From positions 1 to 52,387 of the forward strand of contig JAJXXC010000007.1 in assembly GCA_021781215.1 (NCBI GenBank): a stretch of 52,387 nucleotides of DNA, read 5' to 3'. Position numbers and translations under genes: made by a program. The stretch is from a bacterium. Its GTDB lineage: Bacteria; Patescibacteriota; Saccharimonadia; Saccharimonadales; DATKHC01. This document shows positions 34,677 to 44,276 of the stretch, piece after piece. How positions within the stretch are numbered: the stretch's first letter is position 1; every line of letters begins with the position of its first letter. Below the pieces are notes generated by a model. The model made no database searches. It saw only the letters and a program-made list of their open reading frames with translations, and was not told the DNA's origin.

Positions 34677-35270
34677 TTAAATTAATCTATCAATAATGGT
34701 AGTGCTTTTAGATATTTTATGCAAATTGCTAGTTCCCTTTTGAATATTAAATAGCCCAGCTAATAGAATCAAGAACGCAATTTGAAATATAATTTGCATT
34801 TGTAATAGTAGGCCATTTTTTAAAGGTAGATAGTGAAACATCAATATACCCGATGACAACTCGGTTATAGTCATAGCTATAAACCACCACTTTTTGTATA
34901 GAAAAGTAATTACTAAAGACAAAATTAATTGTAAAGAAAATAAAACTGATCCGAAAAATTCATGTAGTCCGGATAAGTAAGTATATGGAGTTAATATTAA
35001 GCCGATAAACATAGCCGACATAATAAATAAAGCAACGGACATTAATTTATTAATTTTAGATTGTTTGTTGATTGCAATAGCTATATGCCAATAAAGATAA
35101 CTGTTAATTAAAAAAGTTATTGCATATGGAACGACGGTTGAAAAATGAATTCCAAAATAACTAATCCCTGAATTGTTAGTAAGCGACATCGGTCTAATTG
35201 CTACACAAATTATCAGCAGAGCTAGACTTAAAAATATGTTAAGTATGATTTTTCTAGATTGGCTTACCAC
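34677..35270 (-). CDS. hypothetical polytopic membrane protein
   Basis: 197 aa with about 6 TM helices. GTG start preceded by TATAAC 7 nt upstream. Confidence 0.5.
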   Translation of the reverse strand: MVSQSRKIILNIFLSLALLIICVAIRPMSLTNNSGISYFGIHFSTVVPYAITFLINSYLYWHIAIAINKQSKINKLMSVALFIMSAMFIGLILTPYTYLSGLHEFFGSVLFSLQLILSLVITFLYKKWWFIAMTITELSSGILMFHYLPLKNGLLLQMQIIFQIAFLILLAGLFNIQKGTSNLHKISKSTTIIDRLI

Positions 35271-35323
35271 CTTATTAGTTATACTCTTAAAATCGAGCGG
35301 AATATAACCAAAATAAGACTGAC

Positions 35324-36328
35324 TTAAAAATCATTAAAGCTAAAATGCATACTCTTCTTAGCTTTTTCCAAGGTATTTTGGACTTCTTGTCTGGCTCTTT
35401 CAGTCCCAGTTTTTAAGATTTTATTGATTAGCTCAGGGTTTGATTGGTAATATTCGCGTTTTGCTCTAATTGGTTCAAGAAAATCTTCAATAACTTCGAA
35501 TAAGAAATCCTTTACCTCGACGTCACCGATTCCGCCAGCAAGATAGCGTTTTTTGAATTCATTAATTGTTTGTAAATGATTGGGCTTACCCAGAGCATCA
35601 AGATAGATGAATACTGGGTTATTCGAAACATTACCTGGAACATCTTTAGTCACACGATTTGGATCAGTATACATTGATTTTACTTGTTTTCTGACTTGTT
35701 CTGAATCATCTGACAGACTGATTATATTGCCTAGGCTTTTACTCATCTTATTGTTGCCATCAGTGCCGATTAATTTAGCCACTCTTCCGAGTAGTATTTC
35801 CGGAACCACAAAGGTCTCACCATACAGTTCATTAAATTTTTTGGCGATTTCTCTGGTTTGCTCTAGCATCGGCGCCTGATCTTTGCCAACCGGAACGATA
35901 TCGGCCTGAAAGCCTAGAATGTCAGCTGCTTGAGAAATTGGGTAGTTTAAAAAGCCAACCGGAATATTTGTGCCAAAACCTTTTTGCTGCATTTCATCTT
36001 TGACCGTAGGGTTCCTCTGCAGCCTAGATAGAGTTACCAGGTTCATGAAATAAACTGTTAGCTCAGCAAGTTCGGGTATTAGTGATTGAATGAACAGAGT
36101 TGATTTATCGCTATCTAAGCCTACTGATAGGTTATCGATAGCGACCTGAAAAACTGCATCATGAACCCTTCCCGGGTTTTGAAAGTTATCTGTTAATGCC
36201 TGGACGTCAGCTAACATAACAAATGTTTGATGAGTGTCTTGCATCTTAACTCTATTTTCTAGAGTTCCAACATAATGCCCGATATGTAAGTTACCTGTTG
36301 TTCGGTCTCCGGTTAAAATTCTTTTCAC
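35324..36328 (-). CDS. trpS: tryptophan--tRNA ligase
   Basis: 334 aa. TGNLHIGHYVG (HIGH) and KMSKS motifs. GTG start with an AGGA SD. Confidence 0.9.
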   Translation of the reverse strand: MKRILTGDRTTGNLHIGHYVGTLENRVKMQDTHQTFVMLADVQALTDNFQNPGRVHDAVFQVAIDNLSVGLDSDKSTLFIQSLIPELAELTVYFMNLVTLSRLQRNPTVKDEMQQKGFGTNIPVGFLNYPISQAADILGFQADIVPVGKDQAPMLEQTREIAKKFNELYGETFVVPEILLGRVAKLIGTDGNNKMSKSLGNIISLSDDSEQVRKQVKSMYTDPNRVTKDVPGNVSNNPVFIYLDALGKPNHLQTINEFKKRYLAGGIGDVEVKDFLFEVIEDFLEPIRAKREYYQSNPELINKILKTGTERARQEVQNTLEKAKKSMHFSFNDF

Positions 36329-36402
36329 TACTTTTTCCTAGATTCTATTTAATTGATATCTATATGGATAGTATAAATGTTTTTGTATGTAACCAGAAAT
36401 AT

Positions 36403-37698
36403 TTACCCTATGATTTGTTTTAAAATTATAAAAAAGATTATAAGCAAAATTAAGATAATTATAATTAGTAACCAAATCCTAGCGTTGATTGAACTCTGTT
36501 TGAAACTACTTCTATCTGCAATCAATTCTTTGGCTGTGGGCTGGTAGGATTCCTTTGGTTGATTATTAACCTGAGTTTGATTAGCTAAATTATCTTTTGA
36601 GTATGATTTGATGAGATTTTTAAATTTACCTCTTTTTTTCATTTCTTTCTCGATAACTTTAGCTGGTTTTTCGCCTCTTAAGATATCGGAAATTATCCTA
36701 ATCCGAGATTTTTGGTCAAAGTTATTTTTATTAAAAAATTGATTTAAGCTCATATTATCAAAGCTAATTTTTTTGGCTATGTCTAGATAGTGATATTGTG
36801 GCGGTGGTTTTGGTGTTTCATTAATAATTTCCATTGGCCTTTCCAACACTACCCTCTCTGGCTCTGCAGTTCGTATTACCTCAGGTTTTTTAGTTACTAT
36901 CTTCTCAATTTTAGGTTCTGATGGTATCTCTTTTCGAACATATAGATTCTTAATTAGCTCACGGGTATGGGTTAGTGATTCCTCTTCATCTAGGTGAGCG
37001 GTCGATTTATTACTCTCTGTGTTGAAATAATCTTTAGACTGATTTTTGGTTTTGGTTGTTGGCTCGGAATTATTATCAGTTTGGTTAGCTGATTCGCGGT
37101 GTTTCGGCCTATCTTCTTTGGCTGATTGATGATGGCTAGATTCCGGCCTACTAGACTTTTGCGCTGCCTGTTTGATAACTTTTTCTTCGGAGACAATTTT
37201 AACTTGGTCTGTCTCAACCGACTCAACAGCAGCTGGGGTTTCTGTCCCATCCTTAATTTTGGTAATTTGATTAACCTGATTAAACTCGACAACATTTAGA
37301 TCATCAGCTCCAAGGTAATCGATAACCTCTTCTAGCGCCTGAATCTTTTCCAGATTATCTTCTTTTACAGATCCTTCGGTCGACTGATCGTCGACTTCTT
37401 CACTCAGCTCTATTATTCGATCCTCGACAACCTGTTTAGCTAAGATAATTGGATCAATATGCTCGGCCATAATCTCAATTTGATCACCAACCTCTTTTTG
37501 CGGTTGAGTAAACAACAAAGACAAGGCATCTTCTTCTTTTTCGTCGGGTTCATTTTCTTCAATAACCGGTCTGTTGGCAACAAAGTTTAAGATACTTACG
37601 GCAAGATGACGGCGTTTTTTCTTATGATCAACTTCATGATCGTCGTCTTCTTCCTCGGCATCATCTTCGATTAAATCGATTATTGAATATTTTTCCAT
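36403..37698 (-). CDS. hypothetical tail-anchored protein with a long acidic/charged low-complexity region
   Basis: 431 aa. DDAEEEDDDHEVDHKKKRR N-terminus and a single C-terminal TM, IWLLIIIILILLIIFFIIL. Confidence 0.55.
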   Translation of the reverse strand: MEKYSIIDLIEDDAEEEDDDHEVDHKKKRRHLAVSILNFVANRPVIEENEPDEKEEDALSLLFTQPQKEVGDQIEIMAEHIDPIILAKQVVEDRIIELSEEVDDQSTEGSVKEDNLEKIQALEEVIDYLGADDLNVVEFNQVNQITKIKDGTETPAAVESVETDQVKIVSEEKVIKQAAQKSSRPESSHHQSAKEDRPKHRESANQTDNNSEPTTKTKNQSKDYFNTESNKSTAHLDEEESLTHTRELIKNLYVRKEIPSEPKIEKIVTKKPEVIRTAEPERVVLERPMEIINETPKPPPQYHYLDIAKKISFDNMSLNQFFNKNNFDQKSRIRIISDILRGEKPAKVIEKEMKKRGKFKNLIKSYSKDNLANQTQVNNQPKESYQPTAKELIADRSSFKQSSINARIWLLIIIILILLIIFFIILKQIIG

Positions 37699-37782
37699 TT
37701 GCTTGAAATATATATCAATCCGGTTTGATTTGTAAAATATTTGTTAATAAAAAATTAATCATTTCTGCAACCCTTTATGCTA

Positions 37783-37812
37783 TTGACAACTAATATTCAT
37801 TAGGACTATAAC
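37783..37812 (+). promoter_or_regulatory. Canonical promoter TTGACA-18-TATAAC
   Basis: TTGACA at 37783-37788, TATAAC at 37807-37812, then a leader of about 27 nt with an AAGGAGAGGG SD before ATG 37846. Confidence 0.55.
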
Positions 37813-37845
37813 AAGAGTTGTAAACTAAAAAAGGAGAGGGTTTAT

Positions 37846-38382
37846 ATGGCAAAGAAAAGTTTATCAAAGGAATTTAGGGAGGCCTTGAAGATGCAGGGGC
37901 TTCTAACAGTTGCGTTCGGAGTAACAGCAATCTTTTGGCCGGGCTTAACGGTCACAGTATTGCTTTACCTAGTAGGTGCTTATCTGCTAGTAAGCGGTGT
38001 ATTTCACATCGGCTCTAGTGTATCGAGCATGGGAAGTACAAATTGGTGGCTGCTAACTCCACTACTTGGAGTAGTTGAACTTGGCTTTGGTGTATATTTG
38101 CTACGACATACTGCCGTAGTATTTTCTACCTTCGTCACTTTGATCGGATTTGCATTGATAATTAGAGGCTTGATTGAATTAGTCTCTGTTGTCTTTGAGA
38201 GTTTCGGTGAAGAGACAGCTGATCGAGTAACAATGGTAAACGGGTTCTTAGCTCTAGTAGCGGGAATCGTAGTTCTTTATCAAACAAAGACCGCATCAGT
38301 AGCCTTTGTTTGGATTTTGGGTGTATACGCAATTTTGGTTGGTGCTACGCAACTGGCATTAGCTAAAAGACTTTCTGAATAA
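37846..38382 (+). CDS. HdeD-family (DUF308) membrane protein
   Basis: 178 aa with repeated paired-TM units. GVTAIFWPGLTV motif. Confidence 0.6.
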   Translation: MAKKSLSKEFREALKMQGLLTVAFGVTAIFWPGLTVTVLLYLVGAYLLVSGVFHIGSSVSSMGSTNWWLLTPLLGVVELGFGVYLLRHTAVVFSTFVTLIGFALIIRGLIELVSVVFESFGEETADRVTMVNGFLALVAGIVVLYQTKTASVAFVWILGVYAILVGATQLALAKRLSE

Positions 38383-38403
38383 AAATTTAAAATAAAATAA
38401 TAA

Positions 38404-38433
38404 AAAGACGATCTATCAATAGGTCGTCTTTTT
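38404..38433 (+). terminator. Rho-independent terminator
   Basis: AAAGACGATC pairs with GGTCGTCTTT (one G-T pair), followed by a T-run. Confidence 0.7.
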
Positions 38434-38628
38434 ATATGATATTTATGAGGTGATAATTATTGTTTTGTTAAGATGATAAATATGATATAGTTCAAATTGA
38501 TTAGATGAAACTGCTAAGTAAGTTCTAAAAAAAGAATGATTCTAATCATAAGTTAATAATATAGATTATAAGAGGCGCAGCTAATAGGTCGCAGGATTGT
38601 ATTACCTCAAGTAATAGGAGAAAAAAGT

Positions 38629-38976
38629 ATGGCAATTAAATTATTCGTAGGATCATTATCTTACAATGTAACCAGCGAACAACTTGAGGAAGTTTTCGCA
38701 GCGGTAGGAACAGTTGTATCTGCAGTTGTTATTGTAGATCGCTATTCAAACCAATCAAAAGGTTTCGGATTTGTAGAAATGAGTACTGATGACGAAGCTA
38801 AAAAAGCAATTGCTGAGTTAAATGGCAAAGAAGTCGATGGACGACCTATTGTTGTAAACGAAGCTCGCCCACAAGAAAACCGTGGCCCACGTCCAAGTGG
38901 TGGCGGCGGATTTGGTGGCGGCGGACACCGTGATGGTGGACGTGATCGAAACAGCGGTCCTTCACGACGTTATTAA
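38629..38976 (+). CDS. RRM-type RNA-binding protein with a Gly/Arg-rich tail
   Basis: 115 aa. RNP-2 KLFVGSL, RNP-1 KGFGFVEM, C-terminal GGGGFGGGGHRDGGRDR. AGGAG SD. Confidence 0.85.
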   Translation: MAIKLFVGSLSYNVTSEQLEEVFAAVGTVVSAVVIVDRYSNQSKGFGFVEMSTDDEAKKAIAELNGKEVDGRPIVVNEARPQENRGPRPSGGGGFGGGGHRDGGRDRNSGPSRRY

Positions 38977-39000
38977 TTTTTGATAATTAGTCAATAAATC

Positions 39001-39027
39001 ACTCCCCTTAATCGGGGAGTTTTTTTA
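39001..39027. terminator. Rho-independent terminator between convergent genes
   Basis: ACTCCCC (39001-39007) pairs with GGGGAGT (39014-39020), followed by T7. Confidence 0.7.
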
Positions 39028-39033
39028 TTGAAT

Positions 39034-39930
39034 CTATTCCTTTATCGGTTCAATTGGATCGCTGCTAATGTTCAATTTGCTCTTTGCGTGTGATGCAAGT
39101 ACATAGATTAGTAAAATCACTAAGACTATCAAAAATATAGCACGATCAATAATACTGGCTGAAATAATATTGGAGACCGAAATATGATGCAGTCTTCTAC
39201 CAAAGATTAAGAAACCCTCTCTGATACCAATTGCTCCGGGCGTCAAGGCAACAAAAATTGAAAGATTAGCTATGCCACTATAGATAATTGTTTGCTTAAT
39301 TGAGATAGCTGTATTAATTGAGTGTAGTTCAACGTAGTTGATGGCAACGATAACTAGAACTTGAAGTAGAGTAATTAAAAACAGGAATAATAAATTAGTA
39401 GAGTTAAGCCTGAGCTCAGTGTCTTTAATTTTAAATTTTTTGATGTATTTACGGCCACCAAATAATCCGATAAAACTCATAAAAATAATCACAGGAATCA
39501 ATATCCACCATAGACTTGAAGTTGAAATTGCGAGCACAGAATTAATAGCCGCATACATCAGATAGTAAATTAAGGTTACGAAAATATATAACCTGACCCT
39601 GAGCTTATGTTTTTTATATAAATATGCCCCTCGGATAACGGGACCACCCTGGCCTGGTAGGAAAAAATTAACAATGGTTGAATAGGCATTTAGTAATAAA
39701 TTTTTGCTAGTTGGAATTGTTAAGTTACAAATTCTAAGGCTGTATTTAATGATTAGCGACAGACAAAGAAACCAGAACGAATACAGTATTAGCAGCCAAA
39801 ATACTATAAATGGACTAATGTTTTTGAGTCGATATATCAAATAACTATGTTTTGAGATATAGATTACAAAAATAATTATTGCAACCAGTAACAGTAAGAT
39901 ACTGGCGATGATGTGTAGTCTATTTTTCAT
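39034..39930 (-). CDS. UPF0104 / LPG-synthase-TM-like (flippase-like) membrane protein
   Basis: 298 aa, polytopic. LTPGAIGIREGF motif. Paralogous in type to the gene at 16831..17775. Confidence 0.55.
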   Translation of the reverse strand: MKNRLHIIASILLLLVAIIIFVIYISKHSYLIYRLKNISPFIVFWLLILYSFWFLCLSLIIKYSLRICNLTIPTSKNLLLNAYSTIVNFFLPGQGGPVIRGAYLYKKHKLRVRLYIFVTLIYYLMYAAINSVLAISTSSLWWILIPVIIFMSFIGLFGGRKYIKKFKIKDTELRLNSTNLLFLFLITLLQVLVIVAINYVELHSINTAISIKQTIIYSGIANLSIFVALTPGAIGIREGFLIFGRRLHHISVSNIISASIIDRAIFLIVLVILLIYVLASHAKSKLNISSDPIEPIKE

Positions 39931-40034
39931 ATTAATCTATAATTGATAATAACATTTAATTTCAGTGATCGAGAAAAGTTCAAAATTACTATGTTCAGTG
40001 TAAGTGCAGTTAAATATAATATGGTTTGATTTAT

Positions 40035-41561
40035 ATGGGCAAAACAACAATAAAGATTCACGCAATCCTAGGGTCTAAAAAATTATTTTGGGTTATTTTC
40101 TCAATCTTTATACTCGAAGCTAGTTGGATTGCCCTATCGGCCGTTTATCCTCAAGCATTTGATGAAAATTTTCATTTTGGCTTAATTAAGGTCTACTCAC
40201 ATTACTGGCTGCCCTTTCTTAACCAACAGCCACCTGGTGCTGACGCATTTGGTGCAGTTGCTAGAGACCCAGCATTTTTATATCACTATCTAATGAGCTT
40301 CCCCTACAGGTTAATTGAACTATTTGTTCACAGTCTAGAGGGTCAAGTAATTGTACTAAGATTTATTAATATCGCCCTTTTCGCTAGTTCAATTATTTTA
40401 TTTAGGAAGATTCTAAAATGGACGGGGCTATCTAAGCAGCTAGTAAATCTTATTTTATTTTTATTTATTTTAATTCCGATTGTTCCGCAATTGGCTGGTC
40501 AGATTAACTATGATAATTTGTTGATGCCTTTGATTGCTACGGCCTGCTTACTGACTTTTAAAATTATCGACCAGATTAATCTTAAAATAATTAATATTTC
40601 AACCATTACTTGGTTATTGGTAGTCTCCCTTATGGCGACCATGGTTCAGTATCAATTTGGGCCAATTTTTCTCGCGACAATTTTATATCTTGGCTACCAG
40701 ATTTATCGAAAATATAAGTTAAATTATTGGAAAGTATTTAGCCAATTATATCTTAGCTGGAAACAGCAATCGTTAATCTTGAAATTGGTATTAACGGTTT
40801 TGGTATTTTTTTTGTTGGCGATGTTTATCCAGAGAGACGGTTACAATATCTATCAATACCATACGGTTGCTCCCAGCTGTGATCAAGTACTATCAATTGA
40901 TAGCTGTAAGCAATATAGCGTATGGGATGCAAACTATATCCGCCACAATGATATTGCCAATCATAGCGTAAGTATTACTTATATGAATCCTGTGTTCTAT
41001 ATTGGCTCTTGGATTTATTGGATGTGGTACAGGTTGTTTTTTGCAATAAATGGAATTAACAGCTTTACTAATTATCCCCCATTGCCCTTGCCGATTGCCG
41101 CTCTGACCGTAGTCCTTATTTTAGCAACCTACTCTATTATCAGATATCGTAAACGAGTATTTTATCACAATCCCTATCTTCAATTTATGGGCCTGTCTAG
41201 CCTAATGTATATTACAATATTAATTTTTGAGGGCTATAAGTCATACCTCTATACCGGTACTCTGGAGCTTATGAATGGCAGATACTTAATACCGATAATT
41301 ATATTCTTAGCAGCAATCGGTGGCACTGCATTAAGTATTAGCCTTAAGGGTTTAATTTATAGAAAGCTGTTTTTAGGGCTGTTTGTATTAATTATGTTCT
41401 TAGAAGGTGGCGGGCTTTTAACTTTCATTATACGAAGTGATAGCAGCTGGTATTGGTCTAATAGCACGGTGGTTAAAGTCAACCATGTAGCCAAGAAAAT
41501 TACTACTAAGATTATTGTAAAAGGTAGTAAAAATTATACAACTAAAAATTGGTTTTTCTAA
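40035..41561 (+). CDS. GT-C fold glycosyltransferase (PMT/ArnT-like, lipid-carrier dependent)
   Basis: About 508 aa with more than 10 TM helices. FDENFHFG acidic DE motif (40161-40166) lies in the first predicted external loop, as in PMT-type enzymes. Confidence 0.6.
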   Translation: MGKTTIKIHAILGSKKLFWVIFSIFILEASWIALSAVYPQAFDENFHFGLIKVYSHYWLPFLNQQPPGADAFGAVARDPAFLYHYLMSFPYRLIELFVHSLEGQVIVLRFINIALFASSIILFRKILKWTGLSKQLVNLILFLFILIPIVPQLAGQINYDNLLMPLIATACLLTFKIIDQINLKIINISTITWLLVVSLMATMVQYQFGPIFLATILYLGYQIYRKYKLNYWKVFSQLYLSWKQQSLILKLVLTVLVFFLLAMFIQRDGYNIYQYHTVAPSCDQVLSIDSCKQYSVWDANYIRHNDIANHSVSITYMNPVFYIGSWIYWMWYRLFFAINGINSFTNYPPLPLPIAALTVVLILATYSIIRYRKRVFYHNPYLQFMGLSSLMYITILIFEGYKSYLYTGTLELMNGRYLIPIIIFLAAIGGTALSISLKGLIYRKLFLGLFVLIMFLEGGGLLTFIIRSDSSWYWSNSTVVKVNHVAKKITTKIIVKGSKNYTTKNWFF

Positions 41562-41571
41562 TCAATATAAG

Positions 41572-42522
41572 TTATTTCTTGTACATTTCTTTTTTCTGAT
41601 TTTCTAAGACTTCTTCAATTAGAATTCTGTTCACCCTAATTAAATCGGCTATTAGACCAAGAGTAAATGCTATAAACGAGGCTGTTAGCAAAACACCGCC
41701 GATAATCAATGATTGTAGATGATGCGCACCATATGGATGTTTTATTGTAAGGACAAGATAAAGATAATGAATAAAGGGTATGAATCCAACGATTAAAAAG
41801 AATAAACCGATTGTAATGAAAATAGCATATGGCTCGTACATCATTACGCTACGTAAAATTACAATACCTGATTTCCTGGCATGAGAGATTGATGATTTCA
41901 TAACTCTTGATTCTCTGGTTTTAGGATTAGTTTTAATAATAATCTTATCTATTCTCTGGCCTTTATTGCCGGATTGGATAACTGTTTCAGTAGCGAAACT
42001 ATATGGTGCTATCAAGTTCAGCTGCATAGCAGCATTTCTTGAATATGCCCTAAAGCCACTTGTGCCATCAGGGACATTGGTTCGAGCTACTCTATTTAAA
42101 ACCCAGGTTCCAAATACTTGTAGAAATTTTTTAAATAATGAGAAATGTTCAATAGTAGTTGTTTGCCGATCGGCAATAACTACGTCAGCTCGATCATCTA
42201 AGATCGGTTGGATTAGTTCTGGTATTTTTTCTTGAGGGTATTGATTGTCTCCATCGGTAATAACAATAATGTCAGCGCCAAGTCTTAGTGATTCTTTGAT
42301 GCCTTCACGGAATGAAACCGCCAAGCCTCTATTTACCTTGTGTGTTAGAAAATGTTTAACTCCTAATTTTCTAGCAACTTCCTGAGTGTTATCAGTTGAG
42401 CCATCGTCGATAATTAATACCTCTAATTCATCCACGCCCTTAATGCTTTTTGGCATGGTCTCAAATACCAATGGCAGGGTCTTAGCTTCGTTGAGACAAG
42501 GTATCATTACTACCAATTTCAT
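41572..42522 (-). CDS. GT2 polyprenyl-phosphate glycosyltransferase (GtrB/ArnC/Ppm-like) with C-terminal TM helices
   Basis: 316 aa. VVMIPCLNE, IIDDGSTDNT, TDGDNQY. Two C-terminal TM helices. Confidence 0.75.
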   Translation of the reverse strand: MKLVVMIPCLNEAKTLPLVFETMPKSIKGVDELEVLIIDDGSTDNTQEVARKLGVKHFLTHKVNRGLAVSFREGIKESLRLGADIIVITDGDNQYPQEKIPELIQPILDDRADVVIADRQTTTIEHFSLFKKFLQVFGTWVLNRVARTNVPDGTSGFRAYSRNAAMQLNLIAPYSFATETVIQSGNKGQRIDKIIIKTNPKTRESRVMKSSISHARKSGIVILRSVMMYEPYAIFITIGLFFLIVGFIPFIHYLYLVLTIKHPYGAHHLQSLIIGGVLLTASFIAFTLGLIADLIRVNRILIEEVLENQKKEMYKK

Positions 42523-42637
42523 TCAGAAAAACTCCAATATAATTTCTTGATTATTATCTATTATATGATCTTATTTCAAAAATATGAAATCAATAGTTTG
42601 AATCATCCAGCCAATCTTCTGATTAATCATTTAAATT

Positions 42638-43099
42638 TTAGATTTTATGTTTAATAAAATTCTGTATATTTCTCTGCTCGTCTCGTTTTTTTAATATTGC
42701 TCGTTTGTCATAGTCCTTATTGCCACTGCCGTAAGCAATTCTAAGCTTGATAAATTTTGTAGCTGTTAATATTTCTAGTGGCACTATGGTGCTACCACCT
42801 TGTTTAGCTCTTATTAATTCATCAATTTCTTTTCTTTTAGCCAGTAACTTCCGGCTTCGAGTTTTAATTTCTTCGGGGATTGGCGCAGCGTTAGAGCCGG
42901 TTATCGTGGCATTAATTAACCATAGTTCATTGTTGATGACATTTACGTAAGATCCTTTTAGCTCTGCTCTGCCGTTACGAATAGCTTTAGTTTCAGCCCC
43001 ATTTAAAATTATGCCGACAGTCATCGGTTCGTTTAGCTTATAGTCGAATCGAGCTCTTCGGTTAGATATGACCTTAGTTTGTGATTTTTTCTTCGCCAT
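42638..43099 (-). CDS. smpB: SsrA-binding protein
   Basis: 153 aa. NRRARFDYKL, GAETKAIR, and a basic C-terminal tail. Confidence 0.9.
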   Translation of the reverse strand: MAKKKSQTKVISNRRARFDYKLNEPMTVGIILNGAETKAIRNGRAELKGSYVNVINNELWLINATITGSNAAPIPEEIKTRSRKLLAKRKEIDELIRAKQGGSTIVPLEILTATKFIKLRIAYGSGNKDYDKRAILKKRDEQRNIQNFIKHKI

Positions 43100-43139
43100 A
43101 CCATAATTATGGACTAATTAGATATTGGTTACAAAATTT

Positions 43140-44258
43140 TTAGTAAGCTTTTTTAAACTCGTTTATGGCAATATTCCAAAAAGCTGGGTCATGTTTAATA
43201 ACTTTTTGGTAATACCACCACTCAACTCCCCAAAGATCAATTGTCTTCATGCCGGTAGCCTCACCGTAGTTGAACCGGTTTTTAAGAATGGTAGGATTCA
43301 TTGATTTCATCTGTTCAGCCTCAGAAGCTTGAGTCATTGAAGTTGGTGGCCAAGGTTCTGCCTGGAGTTCAGTAAGAGCGGTATTCTTTCCGGTGATTAT
43401 TTTTTCGGTACCTGCTAAGAATGCATAAAACCAAGCTGGAAATGGATATTCAAAATATCGGTGAGTTATGGTTCTGTCCCATACTCGTTTGTAAACCGAT
43501 ACTCCGAATTCATCTGGTGTAGGCTTACCAATTGGTGTACCCAAGGCGTTATTACTTCTGTTGATTATAATTGGATGGTTGGGATCTAGCTTTTTAACCA
43601 TGTTAAATTCATTAATTAATCTTTGTCTGGAGAAATTGGTGCAAGTTCCAAAAACTTTCAAGAAATATTCGTTTTCAAGCTCATAGGTGCTAAGTTCCGG
43701 ATTATTTTTGTAACGATTTACTACCATTGTGATGAAATTATTAAGTTGTGGATCCCATTGCGAATAAGTCTCATTAGCTGCCCAGGTTGGCATATGACAT
43801 TCCGGCCATCTTGGTTGTCTGAGACCAATGCTTAAATTAATCTTAACGTGATACTGATCAGCCATAGCGACCTCTTGGTCCAATTCGGAAAAGTTGTATT
43901 GACCGGGCGTGGCTTCAATCGTATCCCAGTAACTCGTAAGTCTAATATTCTTTATTTTTAAATCTTTAAATATTGCTTGAAGAGTAGCTACTGGGTCTAG
44001 ACCTAGGCTTTGGGCATATTCTGGTACGTAAGTTACCCCTAGGTTGTATGGAGTTTTGGACTGAGTCCAGATGTACCATCTAGCAATGCCGTACATTGTA
44101 CCCAAACAAAGAAGGGAGGCTATTAGCAACCCTAAGATAATCTTGTGCCATAAATTTTTGGTGAACCAGTTAATCAGGCTTTTATAAATTGCCTTGAACG
44201 GATTAGTTTTAGTAGATTTCTTCGAAGCTGATTTATTTTGCTGTCTTTTTTGTGCCAT
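43140..44258 (-). CDS. membrane-anchored clan GH-A (GH5-like) glycoside hydrolase
   Basis: 372 aa with an N-terminal TM. YWDTIEATPGQYNFSELD, an ELENEY candidate acid/base, and a TELQAEPW candidate nucleophile. Confidence 0.5.
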   Translation of the reverse strand: MAQKRQQNKSASKKSTKTNPFKAIYKSLINWFTKNLWHKIILGLLIASLLCLGTMYGIARWYIWTQSKTPYNLGVTYVPEYAQSLGLDPVATLQAIFKDLKIKNIRLTSYWDTIEATPGQYNFSELDQEVAMADQYHVKINLSIGLRQPRWPECHMPTWAANETYSQWDPQLNNFITMVVNRYKNNPELSTYELENEYFLKVFGTCTNFSRQRLINEFNMVKKLDPNHPIIINRSNNALGTPIGKPTPDEFGVSVYKRVWDRTITHRYFEYPFPAWFYAFLAGTEKIITGKNTALTELQAEPWPPTSMTQASEAEQMKSMNPTILKNRFNYGEATGMKTIDLWGVEWWYYQKVIKHDPAFWNIAINEFKKAY

Positions 44259-44276
44259 AATTAAATAAAGATTAAT

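Noticed and set aside
36990-37295. 101-aa same-strand, alternate-frame ORF inside the acidic tail-anchored gene.
   Set aside because: It is a Lys/Arg/Leu-rich frame produced by the low-complexity GA/AA-rich coding sequence. It has no independent start signals.
42523-42637. Possible tmRNA (ssrA) next to smpB.
   Set aside because: The flanking spacers are only about 115 nt and about 40 nt. I found no tRNA-like acceptor/T-arm (GGTTCGAnTCC...CCA) and no tag-reading-frame signature.
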